Of a stretch of 64,000 bases of DNA, positions 23,861 through 35,600 are shown piece after piece (positions within the stretch are counted from its first letter, which is position 1; the number at the start of each line of letters is the position of its first letter). The translations under genes were made by a program, and so were the position numbers. The notes beneath the pieces are model-generated. The model was not told the DNA's origin, made no database searches, and saw only the letters and a list, made by a program, of their open reading frames with translations. Source of the stretch: Auanema rhodensis (taxonomy: Eukaryota > Animalia > Nematoda); assembly GCA_964057225.1 (NCBI GenBank), contig OZ059897.1:11780001-11844000 (forward strand), given 5' to 3'.

Positions 23861-26768
23861 ATGGGTCGTACCTGCCCACATTGTGGATGTTCCGAAATAG
23901 ATGAAGATGCAGCTAGAGGTTTTTTATAAGTAGATATCTAGATTGCTTTATGGTAAATTTTTGAGGTGATGCTACATGTACAGGATGTGGTACAGTTCTG
24001 GAAGAATCTATTGTTGTTTCTGAAAACCAATTCCAAGAAAGGGCAGGTGGAAGTGGTCACACACTTGTCGGTAATAAGTTGAAACTTATAACTCAATAAA
24101 AAAAGACAATGTGAAGGTCAATTTGTATCTATGGATAGAGGTTCATCACATACACTACAAGGTGTTCCGGGGCTTAGTTCTCAGGAATCAAGAGAAGTAA
24201 CATTTCAAAAAGGCAGGAGATTAATTGAGGAGGTAGGTATCCTTGTCATTTAAGTTTTTAAAAATTAACTTAGATAGCAAGTCAATTGCGTATTAATCAG
24301 CATTGCATAGAAACTGCTTACAATTTTTTCAAAATGTGTGTTAGTAGGGGGCTTACAAGAGGGCGAATCAGGTATCTTCAATATTATAACTCTTAGCAAC
24401 AATGCTTTAAGGTCACATGTTGTAGCATCGTGTATGTATATGACATGCCGGTTAGAAAATACTTCACATCTCCTCTTAGATTTCAGCGATGTTACACAGG
24501 TGAGTTATTCTAAACTATGGCTATTTTTTATTTGTTTTACTTTGCAGGTTAATGTTTTTGATCTCGGTAGAACGCTTTCCTTCCTTAGTAGATCTCTTCG
24601 CATTAATTTGCCAACAACCGATCCTTGTTTATATATCATGCGCTTTGCTTGTATGTTAGAATTTGGAGATAAACAGAAAGAGGTATATAATTTTAAAGTT
24701 TTTTTTTATTGTATATGTGTTAGGTTGTGAACCTTGCTACACGTCTAGTTCAAAGAATGAAACGAGATTGGATGTCTACTGGTCGTAGACCGACAGGACT
24801 ATGTGGTGCTGCTTTACTGATTGCTGCTCGGTACAATATTTACTAACACATATATATATATATATTTGTTTTTCTTATTTCAGGGCTTTCAATTTTAATA
24901 GATCTATTCCTGATGTTGTTCGCATTGTTCATATTAGTGAATCTGTTGTTAGAAAACGTTTAGAAGAATTTAGCCAAACTCCCTCAGGTGCACTCACTAT
25001 TGATGAATTTACTACAGTTGACTTGGTAGTTGATTCTGCTTATTCGTAATATAATAATTTTAATTAAGGAGCATGATGAAGATCCTCCGGCCTATCGCGA
25101 TGCGAAAAAGAAAGCCCGCGAGCAACAATTAAAAAATGAAGCTCTACTTGCTGAAAGGGTCGAGAAAGATGTATATACTTCAAATTTGCATTTTTTGTAA
25201 TGTTGTGTTTTTCAGTTACAACCCGTAGAGGAAGAAATCGAAAAAGCTTTAGAAAAGAAACGTAGAGAAAAGTTTAAACATACTCCTTATGCAAAACTTG
25301 TTGCTGGTGGGCTTGGTTTGTTTGAAAATGTTTTTTTTTTGTAAATTTAAATTTGAATTTATAGACGATCCGGATGTTGGTAAAGCAGAAGAACGACTAG
25401 TTAGAAATGATATAATCGATTCTGTATTTGAAGCTGCTGACCAAATAACACCTATCAGGTTTGTGCATATTTTACGTTTCATTGTAGTTAGTTTGAATCA
25501 TTATAGTACGGTTTCTGAATATGCTCAATATCGTCCTACATTAGAATCATTGGGTATCAATTCAACATATCCTGATATAAAATGCAGAACTGAACCAAGT
25601 AGATGTGATATTCCAGAAGGAGAATTAGATCTTGATGGTATAATTATTTTCTTATATCATGTGTGAGAATATGCTTTCAAGATATTGATGACGATGAAAT
25701 AGATACTTATATTCTGAGTTCTGCCGAAGCTTCACTCAAAGAAAAATTTTGGATGAAATGTAATGGTGAGCATTTGAAAGAAATGGAAAGAAGGTAACGC
25801 TAGCTATAAAATTGCGTATTATCATCTTTCCTTAAGAAAGCGGGAACGAGAAGAGCAAGAAGGCAAGGATAAAGAGGGTGGAACGAAAAAACGGCGTCGA
25901 ACCGCTGCTGTTCGAAATCCTGGATTTTATACTCCTGCGAATACAGCAGTAGAAGCAATGGAAAAAATTATTCATGTAAATATTTCTAATTTTTTCAAAA
26001 TTACGTTTTTTTTTAGGAGAAAAAGTTGTCTAACAAAGTAAATTATGATATATTAAAAGAAATTGAGCATACTCCTTTGCCGGGAACAAGTCTTTGTGTT
26101 AAACCAGAGGTAATTCCTTTTTATATTAAAATATGTTTTGATGTATATGTTTCCTTATGTTTCTACTTGCCTGTGGTCAGCTAGAAAATTCTTTATATTA
26201 AAAACTATTGCACGATAAGAGTTATGATTTAAATTGTTTTATTTAGATAACAACTCCTACTCGACCAGCACAGAACAAAAATCCTAATGAGGTAAGAATT
26301 GTATTCAACTCTAATCAAATTATTTATTTTTAAATTTAGGATAATGAAAATATTTCTAAAATGGCAATACAAGGATCTTCGGTTTGTTGCTATAAACTTT
26401 CTCTTAAATTTTTTATTTCCAGAAAGATGCAAAAGATTTGACAAAACGAGAGAAAGAAATACGTAGGAAAAATTGTCAAAGTTCTTCCTTTGGTACCTTA
26501 GACATGGATAAAATTCTTAAAGTGGAGCCGCCTATTGTTCGTTTTTCTACATTGTTTCATCGACTATTAATATTTTTTTAGGAATCAGACACGGGTACTG
26601 AAAGTGAAGATAAGAAGCCTGTCCCCTCACTGACATCTAGGTAAGTGTTCCTTATATATGCGTTTAACGTAGAAATATAATAGGAGTCGATTTGGAAGAT
26701 CTCGGCGACTGGTAAAACCGTCCCCCAATCTTTGTAGAACTCAGTCCGACAAACAAGGACAAGGATAA
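23861..26768 (+). CDS. brf-1: TFIIIB 90 kDa subunit BRF1
   Basis: [34 protein letters not shown], cyclin folds ([28 protein letters not shown]), [25 protein letters not shown]; 20 exons. Confidence 0.97.
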
Positions 26769-26994
26769 TTAAAACTCAAGTATTCCGGAGACCTTAGTCA
26801 TTATGAAGAAGGAAGAATGATACACGAGTATAAGTACAACAATTTTATAATAACAGATAAAGATAATTTATAAAAAAAATCTTGGATATTTTAAAAATAT
26901 CTAATTAGTACTACAGAAATTTAAACACTTCTGGCACTAGTAATCTAAGAAATCTTTATAAACTTAACAATAAACAATATTGGCTATATAACTT

Positions 26995-28268
26995 CTACAT
27001 GTATTTATTTGCTAAGGCGAGAACTTTCGAAAATTGTACATTACTGCGCTTGTCCATAAGCTTCAAGGGAATTGGAGCAGTAATACGATTGCCCAAAGGA
27101 TTTCCTTAAAATTGGTAAATCTTGCTATTTTAACACCATTTTCATACCTTCTTCATCCAATAGAACTATATTATTAGAATCTGTTACTGGTACACCATGC
27201 TTTCTATAGTGAACGTGAGTATTAGCACCTACAACAAATGCTTTACGCATTTCTCCCCTGATTGCAACAAGAATCTAAAACAATGAATAATCTAAAATAG
27301 TTTGTCAAAAAAATCAACCTTATCTCCCAATGTAGCATGAGGTAGATGTCTTGAACGCATACCTTGTTTATACACATGAATACAATAAGCCAGTTTACCT
27401 GAAGAATAAATATTTTTGAACAAATTTGATTTCAAAACCTGAAGCATTTGCTTCTTTCCCCATTGCCGAATTATCTACAACCATGCATCTTGTTCTTCGG
27501 TGGATTCCCATTGATGGGGCTCTAGTCCGATGTTTAGATAATTCGTACCTTAATTAATGACGATAAACAAATTGAAAAAATTTAATATAATATCTATTTA
27601 TTACAAAATCTAGGAGAACAATTATACATAAAAAGCCCCATTCCAAGCTTTAGACTTTTTAACTTTCGCTGGCGCATTAACCATTTCATAAGGACAATGT
27701 CTACAACCATTCCCACAACATTTCCCTTTATGAAGATGATGAGAAATTGTAAAAACTGAATATTTAGTTTTGGGGTCGATATAAGTAAGTTTCCGTTCTT
27801 CAACGGCCTGCAGATGTTTCATATAAATATCACGTTCTTCACTGGTTAGTTGATTATAATCATCCCAGCACGCAGTTGACTTATTAATTGAATCCTCAAA
27901 CAACACATAATTCGCTATCTTTTCTCCATTTTTATGTTCCACTAGTGCATAAGGCTTCTTCCCAGACCCTTTCGGAGTATAATAAATAGGTAATTTCTCT
28001 TTAAATCGATCTAGTTGAGATTCTGCTGGAGCAGCAACAGCATTTTCACTAAGAGTTGAAACTTTGGTGCAATAGGTGGCAACCCTCCTGAAAACACCAT
28101 TCTCACAAGAAAGAGAAATGGCGCAATATGAAAAAAAGGAATAATCACTCACTCTGGTTGAGGATACCATCTTCCTGAAGCGTAACATTTGCTGATTTTC
28201 TCCAAACCATTTGAAACTTTTAACACATTTGGTGAAAGCGAACTTTTAGCCCAAGATAAAATATTCAT
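26995..28268 (-). CDS. mrpl-14: Mitochondrial ribosomal protein L14 (exon 1 at 28268-28153 spliced to the distal acceptor at 27549)
   Basis: MGIHRRTRCMVVDNSAMG...CIHVYK...LGDKILVAIRGEMRKAFVVG...DSNNIVLLDEEGNPLGNRITAPIP; phase-2 junction GA|G keeps frame. Confidence 0.93.
27622..28268 (-). CDS. C1orf53/DUF5522-like small zinc-binding protein (same exon 1 spliced to the proximal acceptor at 28088)
   Basis: HLQAVEERKLTYIDPKTKYSVFTISHHLHKGKCCGNGCRHCPY motif; in frame with exon 1; own stop (27622) and AATAAA (27602-27597). Confidence 0.85.
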
Positions 28269-28663
28269 ACTTCTGAAACAATATTTTATTAATTTCAATT
28301 AAATATTATGATAGTTTACTAAGTATAAGTATTTAGAATTGAGATTTCGGGGGAAAATGCTGAATACGCTAATAAGACGCAAATTCGGTGCAATGGAAAT
28401 AGCTGCTTAAATGTGGCATTTGTGTCAGCAATTATATTTTCTAAAAAATAGTGTTGAATTTTATCATAAGTATATGTATGGTTTTGAAGGCGAAAATGTG
28501 TTCGATGTTTTTTGTTTTTATTTTAATTAGAAAATGCTGACAGTTTTTTCTGAATGTCACGCACTAATGTTTTGAAAATGTATTGTTAACGATGAACAAT
28601 CTTTCTTTGACTTACGAACCGTTTTGTTTATTATTATTAACGTAACTTACAGGTGATTTAGCT

Positions 28664-29350
28664 ATGACCCTCAGCAAAATCGCTGTTGTGGCAAAATGCG
28701 GCAAGCCACTGCTTAATGCCAAGCAGTTTGTGATGCCTGCTATCCGCCAGTCTCATGCTCACCTCTTCCGTAAAAGACCTGGGCAGCTTATTGTTAACCG
28801 TATCAAGGTTTTTTTTTATTTTCCCTGTATAATTATACTGTGCGTTTCTCCCAGGACGTCTGTCATTTCTATTTCATTGGAATTGGCTTCTTACCTGTTC
28901 TTCTTTGCGTTGCTTATAACCATATTGTTCACGGACCTTGCGAGTTGAAGGATTACCCAGAAGATGTATGTTTTTGAAAAACCTGATAACTAATATTCAA
29001 TAACAGGGTACTGTACCCCATCATTGGCAATTCGAAAGAACACCTATCCGTCAGTGGTGGGCTAAGCATTTTGGAGTTTCTGACGTAGAGCATCACGAAA
29101 GAAACTTGGCATATTATGAGAAGCAAGCTACTCTTGCCCATTGGAGGTATAAATCATTAGAGCATCTATATTGATAATTTCTCTATTTTTTAGACAAATT
29201 GAACAACGAGTTAAGCATTTGGAAGGTGAGAGATGGGATTATAAGGCTTGGAGCTATCAGCCTGTTTCTTCTACTTGGGTAGATTATGGAAGATGGCACG
29301 CTCTTAGAATGAGAGATCAATATGAACAACACGGACACTACGCTCAATAA
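28664..29350 (+). CDS. NDUFB5: NADH dehydrogenase 1 beta subcomplex subunit 5
   Basis: Leader MTLSKIAVV..RQSHAH; HFYFIGIGFLPV TM; GPCELKDYPED..PHHWQFERTPIRQWWAK; ERWDYKAWSY. Confidence 0.9.
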
Positions 29351-29683
29351 ATATATAAGGTGTGATGCTAAATTTGTGTTTTTATCAAGTTTTAAATCTT
29401 TCAGATCCGTTGGTCGATATGATTTCAAATGTGTCTTAGGATTCGCCCACTTTTTATAGTCTTACTTAGATGTCTTGATTGAGCTATATTGTATTGAATA
29501 TAAACCATAGATGTGTTGAATGTTTCTATTATCTCGTTTTTTCGATTCTTATTCTTCACATTGTTGATAGTTACAATATTTTGTTAAAAATGAAATTTAG
29601 ATGTGTGCTGTGTTTTAAATTTGTTGATTAGTTATCAGGTGAGTAGATAAATAAAGTTTCCTTGTTATTCATCCTCTATAGAC

Positions 29684-32600
29684 ATGCTGGAGAACCTGGT
29701 TGCCTGGGTTTTGAACAATTATATTGGCGAATATCTGGAGAATCTTAACACGGATCAACTCTCCGTGGCATTTCTCTCAGGTATTAGAATATTATTTCTA
29801 ATAACGTAAAATATTATCTCAGGGCAAGTTGAATTAGAAAATGTTCCACTTAAGAAAACAGCCCTTCGGATGCTTGATTTACCGTTAGAGGTTAAATCGG
29901 GATTACTGGGGAAGCTAACTCTTACGGTTCCTATTACGCATATTAGAAGTGAACCGTGGACATTGAAGGTTTTAATTAATGACGTAAAGGAAAAAAACTT
30001 GAGTTTTAGTTGAGTGATGTGTTGATTGTTGTTGGACCATTACCGCCTAGCAGGAGGTACGATGTAGAAGTTGTTGAACAAGTTCAACAGCAAAAGAAGG
30101 AGCAAATGCTCGAAGAATTGGAAACGAGGCACAAGGTTTGGTTTATTTTTATTATCATTATTCAATTTCTAAACAGTCTGATCTACTGTCTGCTATGCGG
30201 AAAAGTTCCCCACCCTCCCAAGATTCTTGGTGGGGAGCTTCGTTAGTTTCTACCGTGCTCAATAACATTCAGGTTTAAATAAATCTTCAGCTATTCATAA
30301 TTTTCTCTTTAGTTAATTTTGAATAATGTACATATCAGATATGAAGATAATTTAACTTTATTGGGAAATAGATCCTTTTCTTGTGGTATCCGTATTCAGA
30401 AGATGACCATGCAAACAACCAACTCAAAATGGGTATATCATATTCTGTTATTGCTAATAAATATATTCAATCTTGTAGAAACCTGGATTCGTGGAACCAC
30501 AGGATGGTTTGAATGTGTTCAAAAAACTAGAACTAAGCGGGTTTAGCATATATTGGAATTCAGATGAAACGGTATCTGGTAAAGATTACACGCCTAAGGA
30601 GCTTAGAGTTAGTTTTAAAGTTTTGATCATTTTTAGGAAATCTATGTTTAGGATCTGTTAGCCCCAGAAACTCACTCGAACTCGTTTATTATTCATCCGT
30701 GTAGCTTAGAATTATTAATGGAAAGGAACACTAGTAAATTTCCTTTGAAAGGATCCCAGCCCAGGTTTAAATTTTTCTTGAGCCCGAACAAGCTTACCTG
30801 CGAATTAACAAGAAGGCAAATGTCGGAATTACGTGCATTAAATAGGTATTTTTCATTATCACACGAAACGAATAGAAAGTCTAAGCAATAAAACTCATTT
30901 AGAGAGTGGGCTAGGTTCGAACGGGCTCGACAACATAGAAAGTGGAGACCTCTTTCTACTGTTAGCCAAAGGTATTCATAAGTGAAAACATTAATAGAAT
31001 ATATTTTCTGTTTCCAGTACACGAGAATGGTGGTTATTTGCCTATGGGCGAGTTGTTGATGAAAGCAGGAAATCGCAATCTAGGAGAACTTGGCATTTCG
31101 CATTAACAAGAGCACGTCATCTTAATGCTTATTGTAGAGCATATCGTCGACGTTTACTCGGTTTAATACATAATCCTGATGCATCGTAAGAAATAATAGT
31201 TAACATGGTATTTCGAGCATTATTTAGCGATTCGGTGGCAGATCCTGGAGCTCACAGTTCGTCGACTACACCTGCAGGGGTTTCTCTAGAAGATAGAACA
31301 ATAATGAAACAAATTGAGCGGGACTCACAATATACGTATCATGTAACTGAAATAAAATTTACATTTATATAATATTATTCAATTAGGAACTTCAATTATT
31401 CCGTGAAACTGTTTTCCGTCGTCTTCAGAAGGAATTAGAAATGGAATACAGTACTGGATCAAACGAAGAACCATTTGAGACCTTAAATACTCCAGTTGAC
31501 GAAGTACTGAAGATGAAAATATTTAATTCAAAATTTTAATTTTTTTTCTAAGACACTTACAAATCCTGTAGAAACAATGAAAGATGAAGGAAAAGGATTA
31601 TACGGTTGGATAACGAGTTTTTTCTCCGCTGAAGATAGTAGTATGATTACTCCTCTGTGACTTGATATATTAACATTATTCAGACAACGTAAATGACGAT
31701 CGAATTCCAGATTTTGCAAAAATCGATTTGAGTGATCTCAAAAATTTGCCTAAATCATTTAGCTTGAAAGAAATGGAAGATGAAATTCTCGATGTTCTTC
31801 ATGAAACATGGGATGATTCTACATTGCTAAGACGAGATGGTTTATTAGCAGAAATCGCTCTACGATTAGATCAGATAACTTTACGATTTATTGACTCTAA
31901 CGTAATTATTTACAATTTTGTATTGGATAATAATTAGTTATTTAGACAATTCTTGGAGTGGAGCAAAGACGTGTTCTAGCAATGGATCTCACTAAAGTAT
32001 CATCTAGAGTTGAATTAAGTCCAAGACAATCATCGCTATCTGTACAATTGTCCGTTGGAGACATGAGTATACAAAGACTGAGAACGGGCCACGGACCTCC
32101 ATCAGTATTTTCTCGTATTGTTATTTATCACTGCTTATAGTTTCAGAGACGGTCAGATGGGGGAATTGACGAGACGTTGATGTATTCTCTTGCGGAAACA
32201 ACTAAGATCCTTTTAGCAATCGGAAGAAAAAATTCGGATGAATCGTTACAGAATGATCCAATTTTCAGGTTTGGCTTTTTCTATTATTATATTTATAATA
32301 TATTATAGAATGCATTACCGTCGGTCTTCACCACGCGTGATAGTACGACATGTAATAGAGGGTAGCTTTAAACCCATATCAGTTATGTATGAAGAAAATG
32401 CTATGGCTGGATTATCAACATTATTTGCGGATGATCAATTAATGTTCAAATCAGTGAGAATCGATTTTAAAACATAGAACTTAGTCTTTTGCTCAGGATG
32501 GTCATTGGGATGTAAACCAAGAAACATATTCAACTGAATCTCATATATTAGTTAATATTCTCATACCCGACGTTAGTTTTAATGCATTAGCAACTAAAAT

Positions 32601-35600
32601 GATATTTATTCAAGGTGACAATGGAACTTAGGCATAGTGGTTGGCTAAATAAAGGCCTACCTGAATGGGAAGTTGGAGAACCATTGGTTTGTATGAACAT
32701 TACTGATATTTTATTCGGAGTAAGCAGTAAAGAACTTCATATGAGTCAAGTTAGTTAACCTTTAGAAGCATTTAATGTTCCTTGATCTATGCGTTTTTTA
32801 ATTTTACATTTCTAGTTAAAAATAGATATTGGTCATTTCGAATGTAATGATTTGATGCACAAATCTTCATATCCTCTCATGGTCTCCGGAAAGACTCTTA
32901 AAAAACAATCTGTAACTCCTCTATATGTTATGTTATTCTTTATATAATTAATTAAAGGAACCGTTGTCCAGCTCTTGTCCAAACTTAGTTCAACTAGCTA
33001 AGACCGATTTAGGAACTACTTCGTCGTTGCCAACATCTACTTTTCTAGATAGTAATTTATTATATAATATGATATGAATATATTCTGGACCTTTTTAGAG
33101 TTACCAGGACTTGGTCACAATCGAAGAAAAATTAGCGCTATCGAGTCCCGTCATCGTGAAATTCAAGTATTATTAACTCTGGTTGATAGTCGGCATCGGC
33201 AATTTGAAACGAAATACAAAGTATGCATATTTCAATTTATATATTGAATTATTTTATTTAGACTAATTGCAATGTTGAAGTTATGATGAATGATCTCAGC
33301 ATGGGTATGAACAGAAGTACACTAACTGCTTTAATGGATCTTGCCGGCTTCTTAGGTTCCGAAGAGAGCAAGCAAAATAATTGCCCAGACGGTATAATAA
33401 TGTTTGTAATTATAGTAATTTGTGTTATAACATATTCAGAATTAACAGAACCGTCTCAACCATATACTATAGGATGTGGATTCAGATCTAAAGTTCTTAT
33501 AATGAATATGTGTTATCCAGATAATAATACTCAATTAGGCAATATTATTTTACAAAATCCAGAGTTTCTTACTATGGTATTACAGAATTGTTATCTGTGC
33601 TTGCTTATTAATACCATTATTAAGATAAAACTGAACGAGCCTCAAGAAACTATATCTGTCGATATAACTATGGAGGGTATGAAGATAGATGATCGTACTC
33701 CAGATTACAGTGAAATATATGAAGAACGGTTAATATTCCAAAGCCATCGACCAATACCTGATCTTATGGAAATTCACATTGTTAAGTATGAACTTCTGAA
33801 CATTTATTTTTCTTATAGCATTGATCTTCTAGATATCTTGGCGAAAATCCAAACAGAGAATGCGACGTTAATTTGAATTTTATCGTTCCTGAATCAATGA
33901 ACTTATTTTATGTTCATACTCATCGGTTTTTCTGTGGGTTAATGGACTTTTGGATGCAGTTCTTCGAGCTTCAAGATCAAGTAGCTAAAAGCAAAAAAGA
34001 GCGCGTTATTGAAGGTGGTCGATCTAAAGTTCTTCTCGATGTTCTTGTTAAATCACCTACTGTCATAATTCTGCCGATGAATCAGTGTAGTGATCAGGTA
34101 AATATACTTGTTCCATCGAATTTCATCCATTTGTATCAGGTTTTAATATTGGAGTCAACTGGAATTAATTTCAACAATACATTAAAAAGATTTCATACTT
34201 TAGAGGAAGTTTTCCAATCCAATTTTGTTGAAACTGATTATGGCTTTGGTTAGTTTTAATCATTTAAAAAAAATTTCAATCGTTACCAATTTTAGATAGC
34301 AGTGTTGACTGTTTATTAGACTGTGGTACTATTGTTTTGAAAAATTTGTCAGCTTTTGAAGGACTTCATCATGATCTATCAACCAAAAGGCCAGATACGG
34401 TAAACAAACTAAATATATATTGTAAAATAAAATTAATAATTTTGTTCCCATAGTAAATTTAGCAAGGATATTGTGAAAATAGTTTAATTTTGCTTTCAGA
34501 ATGCAAGAGTAATCGGTCAACATTTCTTTACTAAATGTGACTATTATGCTTCTTTTGAAAACGTTTTTGACAAAAAGTTTGATTTAACTTTTGATGTATA
34601 TCGGAATTTAGACGGAACGTTTTCTCATAATGGTATTTTTATTTTGATGAAATATCATATGTGAATACTACTATTACAGCTCCTGATTTAACTGTTATAA
34701 CAAGTATTACAAATTTAATTTGGAATATGACAACTGATTTTTATGTTTTGTTCAGAGGTATGCCTTAAGTTTTACGCTATGTTTTTCTATGTTTGCTAAT
34801 GCAGGCGTTCTGGAGAAGAATTTTGGTGATCCTTTAATAACAGTTCCGGAAACAGTTCCGATGGAAATCCTACAGAAACCTGAACATGGATGTGTATGTC
34901 TCATTCTTACCTCTACTATTACCGTTCTTCTTTAGGAACTGGGTTCTGATTTCAAATATGCTACTCTTTCGTTTAGGATGTTATTTAATAATGTGACGTT
35001 AGAATTGAAAGTAATCTACTTTTTTTACTTTACGAGACGAAATATATCATCTTAAGGTTCCGAATCCAGCTCGACCTACGGGACTTTTATTCGGCAAATG
35101 TTTCCGAGATTTCGGGAGAATGGAATTATGTAGTGCTCAAATATCTTTTGATGTTTTCATCGATGGGCAAAGCGAGCTTGATCTTATATGTGAAAGTACC
35201 AAACTTATTGACACACGAGCTGGTTATTCTTAATTAGTTATGTCTTGATTAAATTTTTTATTACAGTTCAACAAGGAAATGGAGAAAGAAACCTTTTTCC
35301 TGTTATTCTCCAGCCACGAGAAAACACTGGATGTTCCGGACAGTTAGTTCAGAATATGGATATTCTTTTACATTTTCACATTTTTAGAAAAGGATTAATG
35401 TCAGAAGCTCATTTAATGATGAAGAAAGATGAACCCCCTATTGTAACATTAGTATTAATGAATGCTAGAGTTCTTTTACTTTCTGATTGGCTTAATGATG
35501 CTAAAGACTTTGCTCTTTTGGCTTCTGATTTTGTTCCGAAATGTAATTTATGGAAAGAGATCTACATTAATCTTATGTTTTATAGATTACGACGATGCTT

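Noticed and set aside
26422-26600. Apparent frameshift near the brf-1 3' end
   Set aside because: Resolved by extending the exon to CCTATT and using the 45-nt GTTCGT..TTTTAG intron; the frame runs to 26768.
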